From: Puniceicoccales bacterium
GTDB taxonomy: Bacteria > Verrucomicrobiota > Verrucomicrobiia > Opitutales > JAIRLG01
Length of the DNA: 32,000 bases
Assembly (NCBI GenBank): GCA_031288595.1
Contig: JAITRB010000016.1
Span: 1-32,000, forward strand
Direction: 5' to 3'
Under the pieces are notes generated by a model. That model worked only from the letters and a program-made list of their open reading frames with translations. It did no database searches and had not been told where the DNA came from. The translations under genes and the position numbers were made by a program. Positions 18,215-27,007 of the stretch are shown here, one piece after another (positions within the stretch are counted from its first letter, which is position 1; the number at the start of each line of letters is the position of its first letter).

Positions 18215-18342
18215 CCCAGAAACCCTCTCGCCCCTTCATTTCTTCAAGTCCTTCTGGATCCCCGAAGCAGCCCTGTCCCTGCCCCATCACTTGAAATTTA
18301 AGCCTTGCTTTCCAGAGGAGACAGTTTTCTTTTGCCCAGATC

Positions 18343-18657
18343 ATGAAGGCCATCATCCGGATACAGGGAAAACAGCTGACCGTTTCGGAGGGAAATATCT
18401 TTTCCGTCAACCGCTATGCCGGTTCTCAGACCGGCGACCCGGTGGAGGTGAAGGAGGTTCTCCTTGTCGGTGAGGGCCCAGAAGCAAAGCTCGGTGATCC
18501 CTATGTGGCCGGTGCCTGCGTGCGCCTGAACATTCTCGAGAACAAACGCGGAAAGAAGGTGATCGTCTTCAAGAAGAAGCGCCGCAAGGGCTACGAGCGC
18601 AAACGGGGCCACCGCCAGGAACTCTCGGTCGTTCGGGTGGAATCGATCAGGATGTGA
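18343..18657 (+). CDS. rplU: 50S ribosomal protein L21
   Basis: MKAIIRIQGKQLTVSEGNIFSVNR...VLLVGEG...LGDPYV...KVIVFKKKRRKGYERKRGHRQ matches the L21 pattern. It sits directly upstream of rpmA. Confidence 0.95.
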   Translation: MKAIIRIQGKQLTVSEGNIFSVNRYAGSQTGDPVEVKEVLLVGEGPEAKLGDPYVAGACVRLNILENKRGKKVIVFKKKRRKGYERKRGHRQELSVVRVESIRM

Positions 18658-18692
18658 GGGGAAATTTAGATTTTTAGGAAAGAAGTTCTCCG

Positions 18693-18947
18693 ATGGCACA
18701 TAAGAAGGGACAGGGAACCTCGCGCAATGGTCGGGATAGCCCGGGGCAACGCCTGGGGGTGAAGAAGTACGATGGCGAAACCGTGCGCGCGGGCCATATC
18801 CTGATGCGTCAGTGTGGTACAAAGGTCCATCCGGGAAGAAATGTCGGCTGCGGTAGGGATTTTACCCTCTTCGCCCTGATCGACGGAAAAGTCCGCTGGG
18901 ACGGCCCCCATCGTAAGGTCCACGTAAGCCCGCTATCCACACCTTGA
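18693..18947 (+). CDS. rpmA: 50S ribosomal protein L27
   Basis: [69 protein letters not shown] is the canonical L27 sequence pattern. Confidence 0.95.
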   Translation: MAHKKGQGTSRNGRDSPGQRLGVKKYDGETVRAGHILMRQCGTKVHPGRNVGCGRDFTLFALIDGKVRWDGPHRKVHVSPLSTP

Positions 18948-20414
18948 GCATTGGCTGGGGGAGGAGGGTTTCTCCTTTTCTATCTTGGCCTTGTATTGCT
19001 CATGGCCATGGCATTATTAAATGCCAGAGTCGTTGCGGAATAATTGAGCTTCAGTTCTTCTGCGAGTCAAGCTCAGTGAGCTGCTCGAGAGTGAGAACTG
19101 ACATAGGGGTCTCTTCTGTTCTCTGAGTGGAGCAGATGGAGGGCCTTTACCTCAGGTAAAGGCTTGATTGATTCCATGTGCCAGGCGCACTGCTGGCGCG
19201 AGTATGGGGTAGATCAGTGGGCGAGGGGATGCTGGCCATTGGCCTTGGTGCTTCTGCTTAAGCACCTGGCCATTTTCGCTCTCGGCTTTGAGTCCAGAAG
19301 ACAGAGCATTGCAGGGAAATATCAATCTCTCCAGTAGATTTTCCCTAACCCGTCTGCTCTACAATCTAGTCGGCGATGGGAAGGCCAACACAATATCAAG
19401 GGCGCGAGTCCCGTGAGTGAAGTGGCGCCATCGAGTGATTTTTGATTTCTTCGCGAAGAAGCAAATCCGCTTTGTCTATAAAAAGGTTTTGTCCGTAAAT
19501 GAAGGGGGTTTTGTCCAGGACCCCTGTTTTTCCCGAGAAGCTACTGGGTGCTGTAAATGACGCTCATCATGCGTTAGGCAGGGACTGTTTTTCATCTCTC
19601 TGATCCCTCCGCCATCCCCCTCGGCGCATCGATGCTGCATGGCTGGGAATCGCGCCTGGCGGTGGAGGGCAGGTCCCTGAAAGCATTCCGGATCATCCTT
19701 TTTCGGTGATGAGTGCCGTTTTCTTCTTCCCTATGGATAAACAGGTCGCTCTGGGAGGAACTTTTACGTCGAACGTTTCTGTGGTTTGGAAAATCCAGGA
19801 TCGCCTGGGAGTCCTTGCTCTCTGGCTTTGCGAAGCTCGCGCGGGAATCTATTACCTCAATGAGCAGAAAATAATACAGCTCTGCCGAGCACTTTGTATG
19901 GGTATCTATCGGCTATGCCTGAATCAGTTTCCGCCTGAGTGCCGGGAAGCATTCTACAGCGACTTTAAACGGCGAGAGTTTCCCGGGTCATTCCGAAAAA
20001 TTTCCTCCGCAGATCACGGCTGTGTTTAAGCTATCTCGAGCCATGAAAGCAGTTTGCGCATTTCTCAGAGCCGATCCTCTGGGAGAAGTCCATAGCCGAG
20101 CGATACGCTCTGACGAAGATGGGAGCAAAGGATACGACGAACCAAGGCTTCGGAGTACAGAATATTCCGGGCGGAGCGCGTATTTAAAGGGATTTGGAGG
20201 ATGCACTTTATGCTGCGCTGGGTCTATCGCTGCCACCTCCGGAGCAGCAAGAGAAACCCTCGCCGCCGGGATATAGCCCCAGCTAGACCCACTGGGCTGC
20301 CCCTATGGACAAAGCCCATAATCCCTATTCAGGGCAGACTAGCTGCCAGGGAATCGCTATTCCCTATGGTACACGGGAGAGAATCTGCTTGTCCCAAGGG
20401 GCGAGGGGCTTTGC

Positions 20415-21257
20415 ATGGATAGGGTGGAATCCAGTTTACTGCGGCGTGATCCTCAAAAACTGCTCCTGCTGGCGGGTCCCTGTTCGCTGGAAAGCTGGGA
20501 AATCTCGTCCACTGTGGCGGCATTTCTCGCTGGTTTGCTGAGAGAGTATCCGGATCTGCAGATCGTTTTCAAGGGGTCATTCGACAAGGCGAATCGTTCC
20601 TCCCTTCACAGCGCTCGAGGTGTCGGCCTTCAGCGGGGACTGGAGATCCTCAGGGAGGTAAAGGGTAGGTATGCCCTTCCCGTCACCAGCGACTTCCATG
20701 TACCGGAACAGGCAGAAGCGCTGGCGGAGGTCTGCGAGGTGCTGCAGGTTCCGGCCTTTCTGTGTCGCCAGACCGACATGCTGGTCGCCGCGGCTAGAAC
20801 GGGACGGACGGTCTCGGTCAAAAAGGGACAGTTTCTCTCTCCGAAGGAGATGCGCCACGTCATCGAGAAGCTGCAGGGATCAGGCGCTCGGGAAATCTGG
20901 CCAATGGAACGCGGGGCTTCTTTCGGCTACCAGAACCTCGTCGTCGACATGCGGAGTTTTGCCATCATGAGGGCCTTTGCCTCCACCGTCCTCTTCGACG
21001 CAACCCACAGTGTGCAGATTCCAGGTGGCAGCGCCGGTGTGACGCAGGGCGAGCGCTTCTTCACCCCTCTTCTCGCCAGGGCTGCTTTGGCCGCCGGTGC
21101 AAATGGACTTTTCTTCGAGGTGCATCCACGTCCTGCCCAGGCCACCTGCGATGCAGCTAACCAGTGCCCCATGGAGGATTTCGAGGGCATTCTTCAGCAG
21201 TGCTTGGCCACGTGGAGGCTCTGCCGCACCTGGGCGGAAAAGGAAACAACTGCCTGA
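20415..21257 (+). CDS. kdsA: 2-dehydro-3-deoxyphosphooctonate aldolase (Kdo-8-P synthase), metal-dependent type
   Basis: LLLAGPCSLES has Cys at the position that is Asn in metal-independent enzymes. Other motifs: FKGSFDKANRSS, LQVPAFLCRQTDML, VKKGQFLSP, FDATHSVQIPGG. Confidence 0.95.
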   Translation: MDRVESSLLRRDPQKLLLLAGPCSLESWEISSTVAAFLAGLLREYPDLQIVFKGSFDKANRSSLHSARGVGLQRGLEILREVKGRYALPVTSDFHVPEQAEALAEVCEVLQVPAFLCRQTDMLVAAARTGRTVSVKKGQFLSPKEMRHVIEKLQGSGAREIWPMERGASFGYQNLVVDMRSFAIMRAFASTVLFDATHSVQIPGGSAGVTQGERFFTPLLARAALAAGANGLFFEVHPRPAQATCDAANQCPMEDFEGILQQCLATWRLCRTWAEKETTA

Positions 21258-21360
21258 GAGAATAGGGGCGGTCATCGCGTCGGCAGTGGCTGCCGCTTGG
21301 ATGTTTGCCCTTTACCTTCTGATATTTGACAACAGAATAGCATCGCCGATGAAGGGGAGG

Positions 21361-22761
21361 ATGGAGCATAGAGGTTTCTCATTGATGGAGCTCTTGGTCG
21401 TCATGACCGTGATCGCCCTCCTGTCCGCTCTGCTCTTGCCGGCGATACGCGCAGTATTGGGAGGAGCTCAGCGAACAAAGGCATTAGCTTACATGAAGCA
21501 GATCGCCCGGGCCTATGTTCACTGTACATACAATGCGGAGAGCGGCTTGCAGGGGATCACTGGAGGAGCAAATGCAACGGCTCATGACTGGATCCGAGTA
21601 TTGGCCGAACAGCATTATTGTAATGATCCGCGAGTGCTGATGTTCGACTGCGATTATCTCGTCAAAGCCGCTGGAAATCTTCCGCGGCGCGTATGGGATA
21701 CGGCTTCTCAAAGCCTAGATAGGGATTTTTTCCAGAAACCATTGAGTATCGCAGTTGTCGCAGGATCTTTTTCCACGGATGCCGCTATCCCCATCTGCTG
21801 GACGCGCGGGCTCCAGGAGGATGGCTATTGGGCCAAAGCAGAGGGCGATCGAGGAGGGGTGTTCGGAACTTCGGGTGGGATCATCGCCTTCACGGATGGT
21901 TCTGCCCAATGGTTCGATGATCTCCACGGAGAGAAAGCCCCGTTGAGCAAATGGGCTACAGGGGAACGCAGTTCCAATATTTACGAATGCCTCCCGCCGG
22001 GAAGCTGCGTTTTGGATTGGCGGGGAGTCTTGTACGCAGCTGGCCCTAGCTCTTCCGGAGGCGGGGCCCATGCTCCAGAACCAGAGTCTCAGGTGGCAGG
22101 TGACGAAAATGGGTTTCCCATGGATCCTGTGGAAGGAATTGAGCCTTCTCCAGAGCCCTCTGTTGGCGAATCCTATGCTGAGGATGATGGGGCAGCAGAT
22201 ATTCCTTACGACTCTTGGCCAGTTGAAATAGATTTCGCAAATGCCCTCTCGTTGAGGCGGAAGGCGCAGGCATGCGGCGTCGGTGCGGTGCTTGAAAATA
22301 TCTTGGATGTCTATGCCAATTTGCGCTCTGATGTGGCAAATGCATACATCGATTCCTCTCTCTCGCAGGCTTTCGAGTCTCTGGCCGGTACCCTGGAGAG
22401 CTTTGGCATTAATTTTGATACTTCAGAAGAGGTGCAAGCGTGCTTTTGGTCTGGATTTTTAGGCGATGAGCACGCCATGTACACCGATAATACGGACGTG
22501 CTCGGTCGCGATCCGAGGCAGGATGCCGCCGATGCGTTGACTATTTTGAACAGTGTTAATGCGGCCATCGGTGGTGCCTATGACAGCTTGGATAGGGCGC
22601 AGAAGTCCCAATTCGCAGCATTGCTGGAGGCATTTTCCTCGGGAGATGAGGCGTCGGGGATCGATTTCGATTCGGATGGAGCCAAGCTGGCCCAGGCCTA
22701 TCTCGACAATCAGGTCTGGATCACGGCAATGAAGCCCGTAGCCTTGCAAGAGGAGGGATAG
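21361..22761 (+). CDS. Prepilin-type N-terminal cleavage/methylation domain protein (pseudopilin-like) with a long acidic C-terminal extension
   Basis: ATG at 21361 is preceded by GGGGAGG. The leader MEHRG|FSLMELLVVMTVIALLSALLLPA is a classic type IV prepilin signal. The later GGIIAFTDGSAQWF resembles the C-terminal DG motif of the PVC-type pseudopilin family. The last about 230 aa are Asp/Glu-rich and look helical. Upstream track starts (21097, 21349) overlap kdsA or lack the short-leader logic. Confidence 0.7.
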   Translation: MEHRGFSLMELLVVMTVIALLSALLLPAIRAVLGGAQRTKALAYMKQIARAYVHCTYNAESGLQGITGGANATAHDWIRVLAEQHYCNDPRVLMFDCDYLVKAAGNLPRRVWDTASQSLDRDFFQKPLSIAVVAGSFSTDAAIPICWTRGLQEDGYWAKAEGDRGGVFGTSGGIIAFTDGSAQWFDDLHGEKAPLSKWATGERSSNIYECLPPGSCVLDWRGVLYAAGPSSSGGGAHAPEPESQVAGDENGFPMDPVEGIEPSPEPSVGESYAEDDGAADIPYDSWPVEIDFANALSLRRKAQACGVGAVLENILDVYANLRSDVANAYIDSSLSQAFESLAGTLESFGINFDTSEEVQACFWSGFLGDEHAMYTDNTDVLGRDPRQDAADALTILNSVNAAIGGAYDSLDRAQKSQFAALLEAFSSGDEASGIDFDSDGAKLAQAYLDNQVWITAMKPVALQEEG

Positions 22762-22801
22762 CAGGAGCTTGGCCTATGTGCTGAATTTGGTTGTTCACGC
22801 A

Positions 22802-22916
22802 GCCTTTGGAGCCCTTCGGGCTCCGGCGCGCGGCCCGCGCGGCCGCGTGCCGCGCGCTCCCGCGTGCCGCGTGCCGAGGAAAAGAAACCAGTTTCTTTTC
22901 CTCGGCACGCAAAGGC
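22802..22916. repeat. Closed multi-hairpin palindromic intergenic element, copy 7 (divergent, four inner hairpins)
   Basis: Short outer stem GCCTTT(G) 22802-22808 pairs with (C)AAAGGC 22910-22916. Inner hairpin 1: 22808-22814/22818-22824, GGAGCCC-TTC-GGGCTCC. Inner hairpin 2: 22825-22835/22841-22851, 11 bp with one G-T, loop CGCGC. Inner hairpin 3: small, 22853-22856/22861-22864. Inner hairpin 4: 22870-22888/22891-22909, 19 nt arms, effectively about 18 bp. Confidence 0.65.
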
Positions 22917-23077
22917 GGCACGGAAGGAAGCCTGGGCCCGGAGGAGAGTACCGGAGAGATCCATCCTTCCGGCGGATTTCCTGAGGGTCATCTGACCGAA
23001 GGCGCTTGACAAGGGAGAAGGAGGCGAGCATCTTTTTGAAACTGGATAAAAGAGAAACTAGAGAGAAGAAGCAGTTG

Positions 23078-23356
23078 ATGTCGGAGGATTTTATAGAGGC
23101 AGCAGGGGAGGTGACACAGGTTCTGCCGGGAACGATGTTCCGCGTGACGCTCGAAAATGGCCATGTGGTATTGGCCCATATTTCAGGAAAGTTGCGAAAG
23201 CATTTCATCCGCCTAGCCCAGGGGGACAAGGTGCGCGTAGAGATGAGTCCCTACGACCTGAGCAAGGCCCGCATCGTCTTCCGCCTGAAGAACGTGACGG
23301 TATCCAGAAATGCGCCGATCCGCAGCTTTGGGCCAAGGAATCATCGGCGGAAGTAG
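23078..23356 (+). CDS. infA: Translation initiation factor IF-1 with a basic C-terminal extension of about 20 aa
   Basis: From the ATG at 23078: [71 protein letters not shown], collinear with bacterial IF-1. The track start at 23006 adds a Lys/Glu-rich leader that IF-1 does not normally have. Confidence 0.9.
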   Translation: MSEDFIEAAGEVTQVLPGTMFRVTLENGHVVLAHISGKLRKHFIRLAQGDKVRVEMSPYDLSKARIVFRLKNVTVSRNAPIRSFGPRNHRRK

Positions 23357-23376
23357 GCCGGACAGCTGCCTTTCGC

Positions 23377-24744
23377 GTGTCCGGATCCGGCAGTGATACC
23401 CTCATGGCACTGGCGACGCCCTACGGGGTCGCGGCCATGGGCAAGCTGCGCATCAGCGGGCCCCGGACGCGGGAGCTGATCCGGACGATTTTTCGCCGAC
23501 AGGAGTGGCAGGCGCGCCATGTCTACTTCTCTCCCTTTTGGGACAAGAATGGGGCGAAGCTCGATGAGGTCTGCTGGTTTTTCTTCGAAGGCGATCGTTC
23601 CTATACGGGTGAGGACAGCCTGGAGATCGACGCCCATGGCAATCCGCTGATCATCCGCAAGATGCTGGAAGACCTGGAGAGTCGTGGTTGCCGCCTGGCA
23701 GACCCCGGCGAGTTCACCCGACGCGCATTTCTAAACCATAAGATCGATCTGTGCCAGGCTGAGGCGGTACTCGATCTCATACATGCGCCCAATGATGAAG
23801 GCCTGGCGGTGGCATCAGAGCAATTATCCGGCAATCTGAGCCGGAAGGTTTCCGAGTGGTATGATCGCCTGCTGGGCCTGCTCGCCTCGATCGAGCTGGG
23901 GATCGATTTTTCGTCGGAGGTGCAGGAAGAAAGCGATGTGGGGCCACCCATCGAGGCCACGATCGAAGCTCTTCTGAAAGAGATGCAAGAGCTGCGGGCG
24001 ATGCAGGGCGCTGCGGAGCAGCTGAGACGGGGGCTAAAGGTCGTCCTTATCGGTGAGCCAAACGCCGGCAAGAGCAGTCTCTTCAATCATCTTCTCCGGC
24101 AGGAGCGCGCCCTGGTTGACGCCGGAGCCGGCACGACCCGGGATTTCATCAGCGCGAATTGGGTCTGCGCCGGCCAAATCCTGGAGTTGGTCGACACCGC
24201 GGGCCTGCGCGATCCGGAAAGCGATCTGGAGCTCCAGGGAATTGAGAGGAGCGTGGCGCTGCTGGAGAAGGCCGATCTGGCCCTCTGGGTCGTCGATCCC
24301 CATGGGCCAGAACGCATTTCGGCTCAGGATTTATTGGCTCACATTGCCCCCGAGCGGCTGATCCGCGTCGAGAACAAGTGCGATTTAGGGAAATGGAAAG
24401 CTTTAACGCAAATGAAAGAGCCCACTCTGGAAGCCATATCCGTATCGGCCAGAACAGGAGAGGGCATCGAGGCCCTCTGCCAAAGAGTGGCGGGAAAAAT
24501 TCAGTCCATAAATCTTGGTTCTGGACCTTCCTACGGGATCAACGAGCGCCACGCCAGCATTCTGCGGCGAGTGGAAGAGGTATTGGCAACGACTCGGGAT
24601 CCTCTTCGCTCATCTGGACTGGCGGCCGAATGCCTTGCGAGCGACCTGCGCCTCGCGCTGGAAATTCTCGGTGAGATGACCAATCCTCATGATCAGGAGG
24701 CCCTGCTGGACCGCCTATTCTCCCAGTTCTGCATCGGGAAATAG
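23377..24744 (+). CDS. mnmE: tRNA modification GTPase MnmE (TrmE)
   Basis: N-terminal DTLMALATPYG...LRISG. G1 GEPNAGKSSLFN, G3 DTAGLR, G4 NKCD. C-terminal signature FCIGK at the end of the protein. A GTG start at 23377 is assumed. Confidence 0.95.
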   Translation: MSGSGSDTLMALATPYGVAAMGKLRISGPRTRELIRTIFRRQEWQARHVYFSPFWDKNGAKLDEVCWFFFEGDRSYTGEDSLEIDAHGNPLIIRKMLEDLESRGCRLADPGEFTRRAFLNHKIDLCQAEAVLDLIHAPNDEGLAVASEQLSGNLSRKVSEWYDRLLGLLASIELGIDFSSEVQEESDVGPPIEATIEALLKEMQELRAMQGAAEQLRRGLKVVLIGEPNAGKSSLFNHLLRQERALVDAGAGTTRDFISANWVCAGQILELVDTAGLRDPESDLELQGIERSVALLEKADLALWVVDPHGPERISAQDLLAHIAPERLIRVENKCDLGKWKALTQMKEPTLEAISVSARTGEGIEALCQRVAGKIQSINLGSGPSYGINERHASILRRVEEVLATTRDPLRSSGLAAECLASDLRLALEILGEMTNPHDQEALLDRLFSQFCIGK

Positions 24745-24817
24745 AAAAGGCAGAAGCCTAAAAACTTGCCCCTCTAGTAGCTTTTAGAAACAGGAGCAGG
24801 CGCAATGCTTGCGAAAC

Positions 24818-25810
24818 TTAGGTCATGCGGATGGCTGTGGCGCCTTGATGGAGATTGTTGAGCATCTGTTCCAAAAGCCTCATGGCGGTTTCCTGGGCCT
24901 TGGCGGCATCCTCTATGCCACCCTGGATGGATTGCTGGAGGGAGTGCCTAAGTTCGTTGACAGCCTGCCCCCGCTGCAGATCGCCTTCCATCTCGGCCAG
25001 CGCTTTCTTAGCCTCGGCCCCTACAACGGTGGCGGCGAAATTGCCCGTGGTCATGATGAGTTTTGACAAGGCATCCCCCATCTGCATGTCCTTTTGGAAT
25101 TGGTTTTCGGCTCCTCTTCTCATCTGGGTAATCTCCTCCGGAGAAAATTTCTTTAGACTTCCGGCTTCTTTGCCTGTGTCGATCGCGCTGACATCGGGCT
25201 GAGACATCTTTTCCAGATTGTCGATTTCGCCCATTTCTTTGGTTTTTTTTGTATCCGCTTTGTGGGAGAGCAAGAGAGAGGCTCCTGTAGCCATCACGGT
25301 TGTTCCGAACTGGATGGCGGCCTGGGCGATCGTCGAATTGGCCTCGAGCCTTCCCTTTTCGACAATTTTATCCGCCGATTCCATCCCAGCTTTGTAGATC
25401 TGTGAGCGCAGTTCGGCGTTCGCCTGCCGTTCTATCCGCTTGCGATCCTGGGCGGACTGTATTTGAAAGATCATCAGGGCAGTCAGCGTATCTTCTAAGC
25501 TGCTCAGCGTCATCGCTTCTCCCGCATTGCCGTACTGGGCATTGAGTTCCTTGAGTAGGGAGGCCCTTCGCTCGGGACTTAAATCCGATCTCTGCAAGCT
25601 GGTACTAATGGTGCTGTTGCTGTCTTGGATGAGAAAGTCGACGGCATCTACGTCCAGTTTCCCGTCCACCATCAGGGTCTGGGATACGCCCACGAAACTG
25701 GCGGCATCGAGTCCTGTGCTGCTTGGAGAGGCTAAGGTCTGGGCCCGCGATGGGCTCGCCCCCGGAATGCTGTCTGGTATATAGGTATTATACGCTGCCG
25801 TAATCGCCAT
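24818..25810 (-). CDS. Candidate T3SS minor hydrophobic translocator (YopD/CopD/PopD-like)
   Basis: 330 aa with no signal peptide. One central hydrophobic segment (STIAQAAIQFGTTVMATGASLLLS). Coiled-coil-like flanks and an amphipathic C-terminus. It is the last gene of the chaperone-translocator operon. An AAGGATGGAG Shine-Dalgarno sequence lies just upstream. Assignment is by architecture and synteny, not by a recognised motif. Confidence 0.55.
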   Translation of the reverse strand: MAITAAYNTYIPDSIPGASPSRAQTLASPSSTGLDAASFVGVSQTLMVDGKLDVDAVDFLIQDSNSTISTSLQRSDLSPERRASLLKELNAQYGNAGEAMTLSSLEDTLTALMIFQIQSAQDRKRIERQANAELRSQIYKAGMESADKIVEKGRLEANSTIAQAAIQFGTTVMATGASLLLSHKADTKKTKEMGEIDNLEKMSQPDVSAIDTGKEAGSLKKFSPEEITQMRRGAENQFQKDMQMGDALSKLIMTTGNFAATVVGAEAKKALAEMEGDLQRGQAVNELRHSLQQSIQGGIEDAAKAQETAMRLLEQMLNNLHQGATAIRMT

Positions 25811-25889
25811 CTCTCCATCCTTTCGCTGATTGCTCCCTCACAGTTTGTCAAAAACCTGCCGTGAGTCAATAGCTGTTTATCTGTTAAAT

Positions 25890-27002
25890 TTATTGACGAA
25901 GATTAGCGGCGATAAGCCTCGCGACTTCGGCCTGTTCCTGAATCACTTTAGAGGCGCGCTCGTAGGCGTCTCTGGTGGTGGCGAAAGTCTCGGCTATTTG
26001 TTGCATGTACTGTTCGATGATCTCCTGTATCCATTCGCTGAAGGCCTCCATCCGGCTGCGCTCAGCCTCGGCGCTGGCTTTCATCTTGATCAACTCACTC
26101 TGGGAGATGGCATAGCCGAGCTTGATGGAAGCATCTATAAGTGTATAAGCCGCTTGGACATACCTGACAACCTTTTCGATCTTTTGCGCGACTTCCGCTA
26201 CTTTTGCCGCCGTCCGTGTAGTTTTTTCTGCGGCCTGGAACCCGGTGTTGGCTGCTATACTAGCTCCGATGGTTGGAGCAGTAGCAGCAGCTCCAACCGC
26301 ACAGCCCATTTCGAGTGCCATCCAAGTGATATCGACCGCCATCGCGATCTTCTGCGCCTGTGCCTTATTTTTAGTTACCTTTTCGGCTATATTCTCGCCG
26401 ATACTCTTTCCATCTGTAGCCAGATCTGTTGCCATTTCGGCAGTCATGAGACAACAGGCGGCGATGGTAAATGCGAGCATGGGTGCGGCTGCGCCAAAAC
26501 TCGCAATGCTCGCGGCTATGGCTGCGGTGAGGGCGATGATCATGGTGATGACCTTTATGAGGCAAGTAATAAACTTCCCCCAGAAGCTATGCTTCATCCA
26601 ATTGGTCAGACGTTCCCATGGCGTTTTGTAAAGCGCCTTCTGAATTTTTTGCTGCAGTTTGAGGATATTATCCTCCCGATGGGCTATGTTCTTTTCATTG
26701 CTGATCTTCAGCCCTTCCATCTGAGTTTGCAGCGAGAGGTCCTGACCAACAGCGCTTAAGATCAGCAGAATAGCTGCCACGCCAGCCGGATTGAAAGTGG
26801 CCGGATCCAGGGTCGGTACCTCGTATTCGAGCTCCGTCACTGCCCTCGGTGTATCGAGCACAATGCCGGGAGCCCCGCTTGAGAAGAAGGCCGCAGCGTT
26901 AAATTCCTCATTCTGCATCGCCTGCCATGCTTCCAATTGCCTGATCCAGAAAGCATCGGCAGAGGAAGAAATGCTCCAGCCAGCAGGGCTTGTCGTGTCC
27001 AT
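25890..27002 (-). CDS. Candidate T3SS major hydrophobic translocator (YopB/IpaB/CopB/SseC-like)
   Basis: 370 aa. An N-terminal coiled-coil region is followed by a long hydrophobic hairpin (FITCLIKVITMIIALTAAIAASIASFGAAAPMLAFTIAACCLMTAEMA). A second hydrophobic segment follows (IAMAVDITWMALEMGCAVGAAATAPTIGASIAA). The C-terminus is a helical coiled coil. The start lies 5 nt after the stop of the LcrH-like chaperone gene. Confidence 0.7.
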   Translation of the reverse strand: MDTTSPAGWSISSSADAFWIRQLEAWQAMQNEEFNAAAFFSSGAPGIVLDTPRAVTELEYEVPTLDPATFNPAGVAAILLILSAVGQDLSLQTQMEGLKISNEKNIAHREDNILKLQQKIQKALYKTPWERLTNWMKHSFWGKFITCLIKVITMIIALTAAIAASIASFGAAAPMLAFTIAACCLMTAEMATDLATDGKSIGENIAEKVTKNKAQAQKIAMAVDITWMALEMGCAVGAAATAPTIGASIAANTGFQAAEKTTRTAAKVAEVAQKIEKVVRYVQAAYTLIDASIKLGYAISQSELIKMKASAEAERSRMEAFSEWIQEIIEQYMQQIAETFATTRDAYERASKVIQEQAEVARLIAANLRQ

Positions 27003-27007
27003 AATTC

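Noticed and set aside
18948-19705. Whether the gap after rpmA holds RNase P RNA, tmRNA, SRP RNA or a decayed obg gene
   Set aside because: I could not find the conserved strings: GAGGAAAGTCC-type P4, a T-arm plus CCA-like tmRNA end, the SRP GGAA-loop context, or Obg GGDGG-coding sequence. This check was by eye only, so a covariance-model scan is still needed.
19706-20276. Overlapping small ORFs (107 aa +, 84 aa +, 82 aa -) in the rpmA-kdsA gap
   Set aside because: They have no recognisable motifs and odd composition, and they mutually overlap on both strands. They are not annotated as CDS. The region is reported as an unexplained gap instead.
21097-21360. Upstream extension of the pseudopilin-like ORF
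   Set aside because: It overlaps the kdsA 3' end in another frame. Prepilin leaders are short, and the ATG at 21361 with a GGGGAGG Shine-Dalgarno sequence gives MEHRG|F...
24745-24817. Possible bidirectional terminator between convergent mnmE and the YopD-like gene
   Set aside because: Only weak 4-5 bp stems are present (AGGC-AGAA-GCCT) and there is no clear T tract, so support is insufficient.
25830-26759. 309 aa plus-strand ORF opposite the YopB-like gene. ORFs at 27438-28223(+) and 28575-29375(+) lie opposite the giant ORF.
   Set aside because: The minus-strand genes form a compact operon with Shine-Dalgarno sequences and 5-79 nt gaps, and they have protein-like composition. The plus-strand ORFs are Cys/Gly/His/Phe-rich and lack plausible start contexts.
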